From positions 1 to 61,909 of the forward strand of contig CAJAYO010000569.1 of the NCBI GenBank assembly GCA_903948415.1: DNA of 61,909 nucleotides, in the 5' to 3' direction. The notes beneath the pieces were generated by a model. That model was not told the DNA's origin, made no database searches, and saw nothing but the letters and a program-made list of their open reading frames with translations. This DNA is from an uncultured Opitutia bacterium (GTDB taxonomy: Bacteria; Verrucomicrobiota; Verrucomicrobiia; Opitutales; Opitutaceae). The translations under genes and the position numbers were made by a program. Shown piece after piece: positions 39,003 through 51,763 of the stretch (position 1 is the first letter of the stretch; every line of letters begins with the position of its first letter).

Positions 39003-40175
39003 TTACTCCGCCCGCACGATGTAACCCCGGAGATATTCGCTCTCCATCATCGTCACGAGCACGGGATGGTCCGACGGCTGGTGGCTCCACTCGACGACGC
39101 GCACCTTGCGCTTCGCGTCGGTCGCCGCGTCGGCGATCACCCCGCGGATCTCCGCGTCCTGCATGTGATGCGAACACGTGTAGGTCGCCAGGATGCCGCC
39201 CGGCGCAAGCCGCTGCAGCGCGCGCAGGTTGATCTCCTTGTAGCCGCGCAACGCCCCCTCCAGCGCGCTCTTCGACTTCGCGAACGGCGGCGGATCGAGC
39301 ACGATCACATCCCATAATCCGTCGCCGGCCCGCGTCGCGTCGTTGAACCAGTCAAACACGTTCGCGACCCCGAATTTCGCCGTCGCCGCCACGCCGTTGC
39401 GCTCCGCGTTGCGGATCGCCGCCCCGATGGCGTCGAACGCGCTGTCGAGCCCGAGCACCTCGCGGGCGCCGGCCCGCGCCGCATGCAGCGCGAACGCCCC
39501 CTGGTTGCAGAACGCGTCGAGCACCCGCTTCCCCGCACAATACTTCGCCACCGCCGCGTGCTGCGGCCGTTGGTCGAGGTAAAACCCCGTCTTCTGTCCG
39601 TTCAGCAAATCGAGCCAGTAATCGAACCCGTCGATCGTCACCCAGCGCGGCGCCCACGGCTGGCCCGAGCGCGTGTGCACTTCCATCGGCAAACCCTCGA
39701 GCCGCCGGATCGGCGCATCGTTGCGAAAAATAATCTCCGCCGGCTGCAACACCTCCGCGAGCATGTCGCCCACCAGCGCCGCCCGCTTCTCCATCGCCGC
39801 CGTTTGGATCTGCACGACCAGCGCCTCGCCAAACTGGTCCACCACCAGCCCCGGCAAATCGTCCGACTCCGACCACACCAGCCGCCGGTTGCTCCCCGCG
39901 TCGCGCCGCGCCACCGCGCGTTCGATCGCCCCGCGCAAAAACGCCCCGTTCAGCGCCGCCCGCTCCCGGCTGAAGCGCCGCCACACGATCTGCGAGCGCG
40001 AATTGTAGATCCCGCTCCCGAGAAACCGGTCCGCCCGGTCGCGGCACTCGACCACTTCCCCGTCGTACTCGGCCGGCAGCAACGCCTCGACTTCATTGGC
40101 GAACACCCACGGGTGTCCGCTGAGGACTCGGGGCTTGGCGTTGGGTTTGAGTTTGAGCGTAGGAATGCTGGCCAC
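39003..40175 (-). CDS. rlmI: 23S rRNA (cytosine1962-C5)-methyltransferase RlmI-like
   Basis: 390 aa with a GTG start. The PUA-like N-terminus is RVLSGHPWVFANEV. The SAM-MTase core shows GQKTGFYLDQRPQHAAV, RVLDAFCNQGAFALHAARAGA, DVIVLDPPPFAKSK and ILATYTCSHH. Confidence 0.85.
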   Translation of the reverse strand: MASIPTLKLKPNAKPRVLSGHPWVFANEVEALLPAEYDGEVVECRDRADRFLGSGIYNSRSQIVWRRFSRERAALNGAFLRGAIERAVARRDAGSNRRLVWSESDDLPGLVVDQFGEALVVQIQTAAMEKRAALVGDMLAEVLQPAEIIFRNDAPIRRLEGLPMEVHTRSGQPWAPRWVTIDGFDYWLDLLNGQKTGFYLDQRPQHAAVAKYCAGKRVLDAFCNQGAFALHAARAGAREVLGLDSAFDAIGAAIRNAERNGVAATAKFGVANVFDWFNDATRAGDGLWDVIVLDPPPFAKSKSALEGALRGYKEINLRALQRLAPGGILATYTCSHHMQDAEIRGVIADAATDAKRKVRVVEWSHQPSDHPVLVTMMESEYLRGYIVRAE

Positions 40176-40226
40176 CGCGCCACCCTTGCGGGTTCGCGCC
40201 GAGTCGCGACGAAAAAATTTCGCCTC

Positions 40227-40346
40227 CTACCGGTCGTCGTCTCCGGCGTCTGTCCACCCGCCGTCTTGCGGCGCCGGCAGAGCCATGATGACCCCGAGCG
40301 CAAACACGAGCGCGAGATAGACGGCGATACACAGGATTGCCTTCAT
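40227..40346 (-). CDS. possible 39-aa hydrophobic micro-protein
   Basis: ATG at 40346 and TAG at 40227-29 give MKAILCIAVYLALVFALGVIMALPAPQDGGWTDAGDDDR. It has one TM-like helix plus an acidic tail and sits 51 bp upstream of rlmI on the same strand. It is below the ORF-track length cut-off. Confidence 0.3.
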   Translation of the reverse strand: MKAILCIAVYLALVFALGVIMALPAPQDGGWTDAGDDDR

Positions 40347-40782
40347 GGGTTGGTGATCGGCCAAGGGCGGCGAAACTTTAGCCCGCGCGCAAAGTTATTT
40401 CCCCCTCCGCCCTCGGTTCACCTTTTCCTTACACCCTGCCCGCCGACTCCGGCCCCCCGCTCGCCCGGAAACCCGGTTTCAAGGCGGCCCCCCGTGACCG
40501 CCTCATCGCCCCACGCGCCGACTTCGCACGCGCGATCGCCACCAACCCCGCCTCCGCCGTCGCCGTCCCGCCCCCGCCGCCGCCGACCTGAGCGTGTTTT
40601 TCGCCGCCCCCCGCCCAACCCTCGCCGCCCCCCGCCCGCCCCTCGCCGACCTCACGGTTTGCTCCGGCGAAGACACCGGCTCGGGCCTCAAATTCCTCCG
40701 CCGCGTCCGGGACCGCCCCCCCGGCCCCCAAGAATTAGTCTTCCCCCGGCGCCTCCCGCCCCTTTCCCTTACCCCTTACGCC

Positions 40783-42450
<1,668 letters not shown>

Positions 42451-42518
42451 CCGCGCCCTCGCGCGCCCGTCGGCGATGTGAGTTGCCAGCCGGCCCCGCT
42501 CACGCCTTCGTCTGGGCC

Positions 42519-44648
42519 ATGCGGCCGCCTTCCCCGGACCCTGCTTCCGCGATTCGAGCCTGTGCCCTCGGAGCAGCACTGCGGCTCCTGCTCGTCCTAG
42601 GCCTGGCGGCCATCGCGCCGCGCGCCCACGCCGCCGACGACCCCGTCGACAACGTCACGAGCGCGCCCCCCTGGTTCAAGGACCTCGCCGACCTCGTCCT
42701 CACGAATTCTGCCGCCGCGAAACGCCGCGCCGAGGCCAAACTCGCGGAGGCGCACGCCGCCCACGATCCGGCCACCGAGGCCTACGCCCGCCTCATGCTG
42801 GGCCACGCCGCCCGCCGCCAAAACGATATTCCCGGCGCCCTCGCCCATTCCCGCGCCGCCCTCGCGCTGGCCGAACACCCCGCCGATCCCGCGCTGCTCT
42901 TCAACACCCACTACACCCACGCCCTGAACCTCCGCGCCGCCGGCGACGACGCCACCGCCGTCGACCACCTCCTGCGCAGCCTTCAACTCGCCGAGACCCG
43001 GCTCTCCTCGCGGGAGCAAAGCACCGCCGCCGCCGCGCTGGGTTCGACGTATGAACGGCTCGGAGACTTCCCCCATGCCCTCGATTACCAGCAACGCGCC
43101 CTCACCCTCGCCGAACAACTCGGCGACGACCAAGCCGTCGGCCGGTCGGTGCAGAGCCTCGCCGCCCTGAAGGAAACCCTCGGCGACCTCGCGGGCGCGC
43201 GCCGCGACTACCAGCGCGCCCTCGCCCTCCGGCGCGCCGAGGGCAACCGCACCAATCTCGCCGATGTCGAACAATCGCTGGCGATGCTCGACTTCGCGGA
43301 AGGCCGCGCCGAGCAGGCCCTCGCCGCCCTGACGCCCATCCTCGCCCAGCGCCGCACGCTCCGCGGCAAGGCCAAGCTCACCAGCACCCTCGGCTACCTC
43401 GCCGAAGTGCTCGTGAAACTGGGCCGCCTCGACGAAGCCCTCGCGTTCGTCACCGAGGCGCAAGGCTACGCCTCCGCCATCGACTCGCGCGGCCTCCGCG
43501 CCAACACCTACCGCCGCCTCGCCCGCGTGCACGAGGCCCGGGGCGATCTGGCGGCGGCCCTCGCCGCCACCCGCAGCGAATTTGCCGAACGCGAGGCCAT
43601 GTCCGGTGAAGCCGCCAAAAACCGCGCGGCCGAACTGCAGGTGTTGTTCGACGTCGCCCAAAAGGACAACGAGATCACCCGGCTCGCCCAGCAGAACCAT
43701 CTGCAAACCGACGCCGCCCAGGCGCGGGCCGCCCAATTGGCCGAAGCCGACGCCAGCCTCCGCGCGAAAAACGCCGAACTGCACGCCGCCGCCGCCGACC
43801 TCGCGGGCGTCCGCCACGCCCGCCTCGCGCTCCTCGCCGCCGCCCTCGCCGCCCTCGTCCTCCTCGGCGCCGTCGTGCTCGTCCAGCGCACCCGCCTCCG
43901 CGCCGAGCGCCGGATTCTGGCCGACACCCGCGCCGCCCGCGACGCCGCCCAACAGGCCGACGTCCTCAAGGGCCGTCTCCTCAACTTCGCCTCCCACGAC
44001 CTCAAGGCCCCGCTCGCGACCATCAGCGCGGCCACCCACCTCCTCGAAGAATCCGCCCACCAGCCCGCCGAGGTCTTGACGCTCGCCGGCGCCATGCGCG
44101 CCGAAACCACCCGCATGGTCCACCTCGTCCACGATTTCATCGACCGGGCCGCGATCGACGCCGGCCGCCTCGAGCTTCGCCCCGTCCCCACCAACCTCGC
44201 GCGCGTCGCCGCGCAGATCACCGCCGACTTCCGCCCGCACGCCACGCAAAAAAAACAGACGCTGTCGTTCGACGAACCGCCGTCGCCCCTCCCTCTCGTT
44301 TCCGCCGAGGCCGCCCGCCTCGAGCAGGTCCTCGCCAATCTCCTGAGCAACGCGATCAACTACACGCCGAAGGGCGGCACCATCCGCGTCGCCCTCGGCC
44401 ACCACGCCGCCGGCGTCTGGTGCGAAGTCACCGACTCCGGCCCCGGCATCCGTCCGGAGGAAGTGGCCACCCTCTTCCAGCCGTTCGCTCGCCTGTCCAC
44501 CCGCCCCACCAACGGCGAATCCTCCAGCGGACTCGGCCTCTTCCTCGCCGCCGAACTCGTCCGCCTCCACGCCGGCAAGCTCACCGTCCAATCCCCGCCC
44601 GCGGGCGGCACCACGTTCCGCCTGACCCTCCCCGCGCTGCCCGCCTAA
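42519..44648 (+). CDS. TPR-repeat sensor histidine kinase (orphan)
   Basis: An ATG at 42519 gives a signal/TM segment (LRLLLVLGLAAIAPRAHA), then ~400 aa of TPR-like repeats, a coiled coil, a TM segment (LALLAAALAALVLLGAVVLV), the H-box FASHDLKAPLATI, the N-box LSNAINYT and G-boxes DSGPGI / GLGLFLAAELV. Confidence 0.85.
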   Translation: MRPPSPDPASAIRACALGAALRLLLVLGLAAIAPRAHAADDPVDNVTSAPPWFKDLADLVLTNSAAAKRRAEAKLAEAHAAHDPATEAYARLMLGHAARRQNDIPGALAHSRAALALAEHPADPALLFNTHYTHALNLRAAGDDATAVDHLLRSLQLAETRLSSREQSTAAAALGSTYERLGDFPHALDYQQRALTLAEQLGDDQAVGRSVQSLAALKETLGDLAGARRDYQRALALRRAEGNRTNLADVEQSLAMLDFAEGRAEQALAALTPILAQRRTLRGKAKLTSTLGYLAEVLVKLGRLDEALAFVTEAQGYASAIDSRGLRANTYRRLARVHEARGDLAAALAATRSEFAEREAMSGEAAKNRAAELQVLFDVAQKDNEITRLAQQNHLQTDAAQARAAQLAEADASLRAKNAELHAAAADLAGVRHARLALLAAALAALVLLGAVVLVQRTRLRAERRILADTRAARDAAQQADVLKGRLLNFASHDLKAPLATISAATHLLEESAHQPAEVLTLAGAMRAETTRMVHLVHDFIDRAAIDAGRLELRPVPTNLARVAAQITADFRPHATQKKQTLSFDEPPSPLPLVSAEAARLEQVLANLLSNAINYTPKGGTIRVALGHHAAGVWCEVTDSGPGIRPEEVATLFQPFARLSTRPTNGESSSGLGLFLAAELVRLHAGKLTVQSPPAGGTTFRLTLPALPA

Positions 44649-44728
44649 CCGGCCGCCCCCGCCGCACTCGCCGCGCCGCCCTTCGGAATCTGCTCGCGCC
44701 GTCCGGAAAATCTTTCTCCCTTCCGCGG

Positions 44729-45769
44729 ATGATTTTCCCGCGCCGCCTCGTTCTCCTCGCCACGCTTCTCGGCCTCGTCCCGCTCGCCGGCGCCGCCAAC
44801 CGCGCGGCCCCCACCCGCCCCGCGGACGTGGATAACGCCACCGCCTACAAGGGCGCGATCGTCATGGACGCCACCACCGGCGCCTTCCTCGTCGAAGACC
44901 GCGCCGACGTCGTCGCGCCGCCGGCGAGTATGACCAAACTCATGACGTTTGCCGTGCTCCACGACAAACTCGTATCGGCCGCCCTCCGCCTCGACACCCC
45001 GGTCAAAATCACGCTCGAAGATTCCAAGATCGGCGGCACCCAGGTCTTCCTCGATCCGCGCGAGACCTTCCCGGTCGAGGAACTGATCTATGCGATGATG
45101 ATCCAGTCCGCCAACGACGCCGCCCACGCCCTCGCCCGCGCGTCCGCCGGCTCCGTGCCCGCCTTCATCGAACTCATGAACGCCAAGGCCCGCGCCCTCG
45201 GCATGATCCACACCACCTTCCGCACGCCCCACGGCCTCCCGCCGTCCAGCCGCAAAATCGCCGACGGCGATCTCACCAGCCCGCGCGATTTCGCCCTCCT
45301 CTGCCGCCACCTGCTCATGAAAACCGACGTGTTGAAATACACCTCCGTCAACCGCCGTCCCTTCGGCGCCGGCGTCCGCGCCCAGCCCATCGCCATGGAC
45401 AACCACAACAAGCTCCTCGGCAAGGTCGCCGGCGTCGACGGTCTCAAGACCGGTTATACGGCCGGCGCCGGCTACTGCCTGAGCGCCACCGCCGAGCGCA
45501 ACGGCCGTCGCATCATCACCGTGATCATGGGCTCGTTCGGCCCCGGCGGCCAGATCGACAAGGGCAAGACCCGCGACCTCAAAGCCGTCGAGCTGGTCGA
45601 ACGCGGCTTCGCCGCCTTGCCCGCCACCGGCCCCGCTTTCGTCACCGTCCGAACGCCCGAAGGCACCCCCGTCCTGGTCGCCAACCAGCCCGCCGCCGCG
45701 AAACCCGCCGCTCCCGCCGACGCCCCTTCGCCGGTCATCAAGTTCTCCATTCCCGGCGCGAAAAAATAA
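44729..45769 (+). CDS. D-alanyl-D-alanine carboxypeptidase (peptidase S11, PBP5/6-like)
   Basis: An ATG at 44729 gives signal peptide MIFPRRLVLLATLLGLVPLAGA. The active-site motifs are SMTKLMT (SxxK), QSANDAA (SxN) and LKTGYT (KTG). Confidence 0.88.
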   Translation: MIFPRRLVLLATLLGLVPLAGAANRAAPTRPADVDNATAYKGAIVMDATTGAFLVEDRADVVAPPASMTKLMTFAVLHDKLVSAALRLDTPVKITLEDSKIGGTQVFLDPRETFPVEELIYAMMIQSANDAAHALARASAGSVPAFIELMNAKARALGMIHTTFRTPHGLPPSSRKIADGDLTSPRDFALLCRHLLMKTDVLKYTSVNRRPFGAGVRAQPIAMDNHNKLLGKVAGVDGLKTGYTAGAGYCLSATAERNGRRIITVIMGSFGPGGQIDKGKTRDLKAVELVERGFAALPATGPAFVTVRTPEGTPVLVANQPAAAKPAAPADAPSPVIKFSIPGAKK

Positions 45770-45824
45770 TCCGCGGCCCGCGGTCTCCTCGGACCCGGCG
45801 CCCTCCCGTCCCCGCCGCGGCGCC

Positions 45825-46547
45825 TCAGTGCTCGAGTACCATAATCAGCCCGCCCACGATGGCGAACAGTCCGCCGAGCAGGCCGGCCTCATAGCGCTCA
45901 AATTTCTTGATCTGGATTTTCTCCAGCCCGACCAGCGCCAGCCACGTAAACACGAGCATCCCCGCAAACGTCGCCGCCGCCAAAATCGCGCTCAGCACGA
46001 AAAATCCCCGCCAGCCGAACGGCACCCCCGACAGGTAAATCGGGAGAAACGCCTCGCACGGCGACAGCGTGAGCATCAGGAAAAGCCCGCTGATCGCCGC
46101 CCAGTCCCCTTTTTTCCGCGAGACCAGCTCGCTGTCCTGCAACTCGCCGTCCCAGTGGCTGTGTTCCGCGGCCTCGTGCCCGCAGTGTTCGTCCGGCCGG
46201 TGACGCCCCCCGGGCACCGGGTGATGGCAGATGCCCGCGCCGCGCCACTGCCGCCACAGATAATAACCGCCCACCGCGACGAGAAAACCGCCCGCGATCC
46301 GCGGAAACGCCTCGCCGAACCGCTCGTCGACCTGAAAGCCAAACCACGCCAGCCCGAGCCCGAGCAGCGTCGTCAACGCCACATGCCCGAAGCCCGCGAA
46401 CATCGTCACGAGGAGCGTCTTCCCCCGGTTCCACCCGCGCGCCCGCGCCACCAAAACAAACGGCAACCAGTGCGTCGGGATCGCGGCGTGGAAAAACGCC
46501 ACGGTAAACCCGGTGAGGGCAAGGGTTGTCAGGACGGTCGAGTTCAT
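45825..46547 (-). CDS. membrane metal transporter, NicO/RcnA-like with His-rich loop (putative Ni/Co)
   Basis: 240 aa with about 6 TM spans. TM1 carries [13 protein letters not shown]. The central cytoplasmic loop is [27 protein letters not shown]. The family assignment is tentative. Confidence 0.5.
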   Translation of the reverse strand: MNSTVLTTLALTGFTVAFFHAAIPTHWLPFVLVARARGWNRGKTLLVTMFAGFGHVALTTLLGLGLAWFGFQVDERFGEAFPRIAGGFLVAVGGYYLWRQWRGAGICHHPVPGGRHRPDEHCGHEAAEHSHWDGELQDSELVSRKKGDWAAISGLFLMLTLSPCEAFLPIYLSGVPFGWRGFFVLSAILAAATFAGMLVFTWLALVGLEKIQIKKFERYEAGLLGGLFAIVGGLIMVLEH

Positions 46548-46683
46548 CAGGGAAGGAGTGAGGCAGCACGGGACAACCCGCCCTGTCGAACCTGAACCCT
46601 ATCAAAGTCGTCAATCCCCCCGCCCCAAAATCGTTCTCGTTCTCGTTCTGCGTTCCCCTTCTCCTCTCCGGATCACTCCGCCC

Positions 46684-47646
46684 ATGCCTGCCGCCGCCGC
46701 CCCCGACGTCTCCGCCGTCCGCGCCTATCTCCTCTCCCTGCAAGACCAGCTCTGCTCCGCCCTCGGGCAGGCGGACGGCACCGCGAAGTTCCGCTCCGAC
46801 GACTGGACGCGCCCCGAGGGCGGCGGCGGGCGCACGCGCCTGCTTGCCGACGGCCCCGTCTTCGAAAAGGCCGGCGTCGCCTTCTCCCACGTCCGCGGCA
46901 CCACGCTCCCGCCCTCCGCCACCGCCCACCGGCCCGAACTCGCCGGCCAACCCTGGGAAGCCCTCGGCGTGTCCCTCGTCATCCACCCGCGCAACCCCCA
47001 CGTCCCCACCAGCCACGCCAACGTCCGCTTTTTCTGCACGACCGCCTCCGCCACTCCGGTCTGGTGGTTTGGCGGCGGCTTCGACCTCACGCCCTATTAC
47101 GGCTACGCCGACGACTGCGCGCACTGGCACCGCACCGCCCGCGCCGCCGTCGCGCCCTTCGGCGACACCCTCTACCCGCGTTTCAAAAAGGGCTGCGACG
47201 ATTATTTCTATCTGAAGCATCGCGCCGAACCCCGCGGGATCGGCGGTCTCTTCTTCGACGATTTCAGCGAACTCGGCTTCGAGCGCTCCTTCGCCCTCCA
47301 ACGCGCCGTCGGCGACGCCTTCATCCCCGCCTATCTCCCCCTCGTCGCGCGCCGGAAGGCCACGCCCACCACCGACGCCGAGCGCCAATGGCAACTTTAC
47401 CGCCGCGGCCGCTACGTCGAGTTCAACCTCGTCTGGGACCGCGGCACCCACTTCGGCCTCCAGAGCGGCGGCCGCACCGAAAGCATCCTCATGTCGCTCC
47501 CCCCGCTCGTCCGCTGGGACTACGACTACCGCCCCGCGCCCGGCACGGCGGAAGCGCGTCTCCACGACCTCTTCCTGCAGCCCCGCGACTGGGCCACCCT
47601 CTCCGACGCTCCGCCCTCCACGCTCAGCTCTCCGCTCCCACCATGA
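46684..47646 (+). CDS. hemF: oxygen-dependent coproporphyrinogen III oxidase
   Basis: An ATG at 46684 gives [24 protein letters not shown]... Diagnostic segments are [55 protein letters not shown] and [31 protein letters not shown]. Confidence 0.93.
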   Translation: MPAAAAPDVSAVRAYLLSLQDQLCSALGQADGTAKFRSDDWTRPEGGGGRTRLLADGPVFEKAGVAFSHVRGTTLPPSATAHRPELAGQPWEALGVSLVIHPRNPHVPTSHANVRFFCTTASATPVWWFGGGFDLTPYYGYADDCAHWHRTARAAVAPFGDTLYPRFKKGCDDYFYLKHRAEPRGIGGLFFDDFSELGFERSFALQRAVGDAFIPAYLPLVARRKATPTTDAERQWQLYRRGRYVEFNLVWDRGTHFGLQSGGRTESILMSLPPLVRWDYDYRPAPGTAEARLHDLFLQPRDWATLSDAPPSTLSSPLPP

Positions 47647-48677
47647 CTTCCCGCGAACGTTTCCTCGCCGCCCTTGCCTGCACCCCCCTCGAGCGCCCCC
47701 CGCTCTGGATCATGCGCCAGGCCGGCCGTTACCTCCCCGAATATCGCGCCCTCAAGGCGAAGTCCTCCTTCCTTGAAATGGTGCGCACCCCCGCGCTCGC
47801 CGCCGAGGTCACCCTCCAGCCGCTCCATCGCTTCCCCGGCCTCGACGCCGCGATTCTCTTCTCCGATATCCTCGTCATCCCCGAGGCCCTCGGCCAGGGC
47901 TACAAGTTCCGCGACGAAGGCGGCATCGGCATGGACTTCCGCCTCGAAACGCGCGCGCAGATCGACGCCCTCGTCCCCGCCGACGCCGTCCCCGACCGCC
48001 TCGCCTACGTCACCGACGCCCTCGCGCTTCTGAAAAAAGAACTCGCCGGCGAAAAAATGCTCCTCGGTTTCGGCGGCTCCCCGTGGACCCTCGCCACCTA
48101 TATGGTCGAAGGCGGCAGCTCCGATGAATTCGAACGCATCAAGCTCCTTTTCCACACCGACCGCGCCACCTTCGACGCCCTCCTCGAAAAACTCACCGCG
48201 GCCCTCATCGCCTATTTCCGCGCCCAAATCGCCGCCGGCGCCGACGCCATCCAGATCTTCGACAGCTGGGGCGGCATCATCGCCGGCCACGACTACGAGG
48301 CCGCTTCCCTGCAGTGGATCCGCCAGATCATCGCCGCCCTCCCCCCCGGATTCCCCGTCATTCTTTATGCGAAGGGCACGTCGCCGCATCTCACGGACCA
48401 GGCCTTCACCGGCGCCCGCGCCCTCAGCGTCGATTGGACCTGCGACCTCGCCATCGTCCGTCGCACCCTCCCCGCCAACGTCGCGCTCCAGGGCAACCTC
48501 GATCCCGTCCTCCTCAACACCACGCCCGCGATCGTCCGCCGCGAAACCACCCGCCTCCTCGAATCGATGCGCGGCACCACCGGCCATATCTTCAACCTCG
48601 GCCACGGCATCACCCCGCGCGCCACGCTCGAAAATGTCCAGACCCTCGTCGACACCGTGACGACCTGGCAAAACTAG
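47643..48677 (+). CDS. hemE: uroporphyrinogen decarboxylase
   Basis: An ATG at 47643 overlaps the hemF stop (ATGA). Translation is [37 protein letters not shown]...[15 protein letters not shown]... Confidence 0.93.
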   Translation: MTSRERFLAALACTPLERPPLWIMRQAGRYLPEYRALKAKSSFLEMVRTPALAAEVTLQPLHRFPGLDAAILFSDILVIPEALGQGYKFRDEGGIGMDFRLETRAQIDALVPADAVPDRLAYVTDALALLKKELAGEKMLLGFGGSPWTLATYMVEGGSSDEFERIKLLFHTDRATFDALLEKLTAALIAYFRAQIAAGADAIQIFDSWGGIIAGHDYEAASLQWIRQIIAALPPGFPVILYAKGTSPHLTDQAFTGARALSVDWTCDLAIVRRTLPANVALQGNLDPVLLNTTPAIVRRETTRLLESMRGTTGHIFNLGHGITPRATLENVQTLVDTVTTWQN

Positions 48678-48820
48678 GCCCGCCGGCCCTCGCTTTTTTT
48701 CGCCCGGTGCCCCGCGGGCATTTTGCGGCGGTCCGACGCTTCGGCTCAAAGCCTCGCCCTGCTGCGCCCCCGGGGAAATCCCCGCAACGTGGCCGGGGAA
48801 AAATCCCTCCGACGCAGCCC

Positions 48821-48848
48821 TTGACTCCCCCCCGGCCGGACCTAGCCT
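48821..48848 (+). promoter_or_regulatory. possible sigma70-type promoter of ileS
   Basis: TTGACT (48821-26), a 16-nt spacer, then TAGCCT (48843-48), ending 19 nt before the ileS ATG. The -10 element is weak. Confidence 0.25.
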
Positions 48849-48866
48849 CGCGCACTTTTCTTTGGC

Positions 48867-51734
48867 ATGGCGCACGACTTGAAAGACACTCTCCAGCTCC
48901 CAAAAACGGATTTCCCCATGCGCGCCGGACTCGCGCAGCGTGAACCTGGCCGCGTGGCCCACTGGGAAAAAATCGGCCTCTACGACGCCATCCAAAAAAA
49001 TCGCGCCGGCGCCCCCGCCTTCGTCCTCCACGACGGCCCCCCCTTCACCAACGGCGACGTCCACATCGGCACCGCCCTGAACAAATCCCTCAAGGATTTC
49101 GTCAACCGCTACAAGACGATGCGCGGCTTCCGCACGCCCTTCGTCCCCGGCTGGGACTGCCACGGCCTGCCTATCGAGCAAAAAGTTTCCCGCGAAATCC
49201 GCGACGAGAAGCTCACCCTCACCACCGCCGAACTCCGCGCCCGCTGCGACGCCTTCTCCGAATCCTGGATCGGCAAACAAACCGCCCAGTTCAAACGCCT
49301 CGGCGTCCTCGCCGACTGGAAAAACGAGTACAAGACCAAAGCCCCCGCGTTCGAAGCCGACATCGTCCGCACCTTCGCCGCCTTCATCGCGAAGGGCCTC
49401 GTTTACCGTAGCAAAAAACCCGTTTACTGGAGCATCCCCTTCGAAACCGCCCTCGCCGAGGCCGAGATCGAATACAAGGACCACGTCTCCATCGCCATTT
49501 GGGTCAAGTTCGCCGTCCCCGCCCCCGAAGCCGAGAAATTCGGCCTGCCGACCGACAAACCCCTCTTCGTCGTCATCTGGACCACCACCCCTTGGACCAT
49601 CCCCGCCAACCTCGCGATCGCCCTGCATCCTGAAGTGGACTACGTCGTCGCCGATCTCGGCGCCGAACGCATTGTGGTCGCGGAACCGCTCCTCGGCTCC
49701 GTGCTCGCCGCCGCGAAAATCGAAGCCGCCCCGGCCATCGTCGCCACCCGCAAGGGCGCCACCCTCGAAAAACTCGCCCCGCGCCACCCGTTCATCGACC
49801 GCCCCTCCCCGATCGTCCTCGCCGATTACGTCACCACCGACAGCGGCACCGGCGCCGTCCACACCGCACCGGGCCACGGCGCCGACGACTATCTCACGGG
49901 CCTGAAATACAAACTCGAAGTCTACTGCCCCGTCGGTGACGACGGCCGCTACCTCGACGACGGCAAAGTCCCCGCCGACCTCGTCGGCCTCACCTGTCTC
50001 GAAACCGTCGAAGACCTCGCTGCGAAAAAACCCGCAGCGGCGAATCTCGGCGTCCTGAAGAAACTCGCCGAGGCCGGCGCCCTTCTCGCAAAAGCGAAAT
50101 ACACGCACAGCTACCCGCACTGCTGGCGCTCGAAAACCCCGATCATTTTCCGCGCCGTCGACCAGTGGTTCGTCTCCCTCGATCACGCCGACCGCCGCAC
50201 GATCGCCCTCGCCGAAATCGCCAAAATCGCCGCCCACCACGGCTGGATTCCCGCCTGGGGCGAAGCCCGCATCCGCGGCGCCGTCGAGTCGCGCCCCGAC
50301 TGGTGCATCAGCCGCCAGCGCTCCTGGGGCGTGCCGATCCCCGCCTTCTACGACGAGAAAAAAACGGCCTACCTCGACGCCGACGTGGCCCGCGGCGTCG
50401 CCGACAAGTTCGCCACCGTCGGCACCAACCTCTGGTATAGCGCCACGCCCGCCGAGATCCTCGCCGGCATCCCGCTGCCCGCCGGCTGGCCCGCCCCCGC
50501 CGCCCTCACCTGCGGCCGCGACACCCTCGACGTCTGGATCGACTCCGGTTCCTCCCACGCCGCCACCCTCCGGCGCGGCCAGGGCGGCACGTCGTGGCCC
50601 GCCGACCTCTACCTCGAGGGCAGCGACCAGCACCGCGGCTGGTTCCAGTCCTCCCTCTGGACCAGTGTCATCGCCTTCGATGCCGCCCCCTACAAGGCCG
50701 TCCTCACCCACGGTTTCATCGTCGACAAGGCCCGCCAGAAAATCTCCAAAAGCAGCACCTACCAGAAACCGCAGACCAGCGACGCCTACGTGGCCACCCA
50801 CGGCGCCGATGTCATCCGCCTCTGGATCGCGTCGCAGGATTTCCGCGACGACATCCCCGTGGACGACGAGATCCTCAAAAACGTCGGCGAGTCCTACCGG
50901 TTGCTCCGCAATTCCCTCCGCTACCAGCTCTCGAATCTCTTCGACTTCGATCCGGCCAAGGACGCCGTCCCGGTCGAGCAGCTCGACGCGCTCGACCGCT
51001 GGGCGCTGCACCAGACCGCGGCCTTGGTGAACGAGTGCACGAAGGCCTACGACGCCTACGAGTTCCACCGCGTCTACCAGCTCTGCAACCAGTTTTGCGC
51101 CGTCACGCTCTCCGCCGTCTACCACGACATCCTGAAGGACCGGCTCTACACCCTCGGCACCAACACCCCCCTCCGCCGCTCGTCGCAGACCGCGATCCAC
51201 CACGTCTTCCACGCCCTCGTGCGCCTCCTGGCGCCCGTCCTCACCTTCACCTGTGACGAAGCCTGGGCCTATGCGACCGCGAAAGTCGAATACACCGACG
51301 ACTCCATCCACCTCCAGGACTGGCCCGTCGCCCCCGCCAGCTGGACGCAGGCGGACACCGAAGCCGACATCGCCGCCCTCCTCAAGGTGCGCGCCCAGGT
51401 CAATGAGGCCATCGAACCGCACCGCGCCGCCGGCAAACTCGGCAAATCGCTCGACGCCGCCGTCACTCTGACCGCCGCACCCGGCTCGCCCGAATTTCGC
51501 GTCCTGGAAAAGCACCGCGGCTTCCTCGCCGAACTTTTCATCGTCTCGCATGTCACGCTGTCCCCGTCCGCCGCCACCGCGGCGGAGGGCGCCCCCACCG
51601 TTTCCGTCAGTGTCCAACCCTGTTCCGAACTCGGCTTCGTCCGTTGCCCGCGCTGCTGGCGCTGGGTCCCGGCCCTCGAGGCCACCGCACACGGCGACCT
51701 CTGCCCGCGTTGCGTCGCCGCTCTGAAACCCTAG
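48867..51734 (+). CDS. ileS: isoleucine--tRNA ligase
   Basis: 955 aa: MAHDLKDTLQLPKTDFPMRAGL... It has the HIGH motif (PPFTNGDVHIGTA), KMSKS (QKISKSS) and C-terminal Cys pairs (CPRCWRW...CPRC). Confidence 0.96.
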   Translation: MAHDLKDTLQLPKTDFPMRAGLAQREPGRVAHWEKIGLYDAIQKNRAGAPAFVLHDGPPFTNGDVHIGTALNKSLKDFVNRYKTMRGFRTPFVPGWDCHGLPIEQKVSREIRDEKLTLTTAELRARCDAFSESWIGKQTAQFKRLGVLADWKNEYKTKAPAFEADIVRTFAAFIAKGLVYRSKKPVYWSIPFETALAEAEIEYKDHVSIAIWVKFAVPAPEAEKFGLPTDKPLFVVIWTTTPWTIPANLAIALHPEVDYVVADLGAERIVVAEPLLGSVLAAAKIEAAPAIVATRKGATLEKLAPRHPFIDRPSPIVLADYVTTDSGTGAVHTAPGHGADDYLTGLKYKLEVYCPVGDDGRYLDDGKVPADLVGLTCLETVEDLAAKKPAAANLGVLKKLAEAGALLAKAKYTHSYPHCWRSKTPIIFRAVDQWFVSLDHADRRTIALAEIAKIAAHHGWIPAWGEARIRGAVESRPDWCISRQRSWGVPIPAFYDEKKTAYLDADVARGVADKFATVGTNLWYSATPAEILAGIPLPAGWPAPAALTCGRDTLDVWIDSGSSHAATLRRGQGGTSWPADLYLEGSDQHRGWFQSSLWTSVIAFDAAPYKAVLTHGFIVDKARQKISKSSTYQKPQTSDAYVATHGADVIRLWIASQDFRDDIPVDDEILKNVGESYRLLRNSLRYQLSNLFDFDPAKDAVPVEQLDALDRWALHQTAALVNECTKAYDAYEFHRVYQLCNQFCAVTLSAVYHDILKDRLYTLGTNTPLRRSSQTAIHHVFHALVRLLAPVLTFTCDEAWAYATAKVEYTDDSIHLQDWPVAPASWTQADTEADIAALLKVRAQVNEAIEPHRAAGKLGKSLDAAVTLTAAPGSPEFRVLEKHRGFLAELFIVSHVTLSPSAATAAEGAPTVSVSVQPCSELGFVRCPRCWRWVPALEATAHGDLCPRCVAALKP

Positions 51735-51763
51735 CGTCTTTTTCAACCCAAAGCTCGAACCCC

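Noticed and set aside
40347-40782. The long prfC upstream region, examined for a tRNA, riboswitch or small ORF.
   Set aside because: I could see no cloverleaf-compatible stems and no conserved riboswitch core. The frames are Pro-rich. Only the short C-rich direct repeats are reported.
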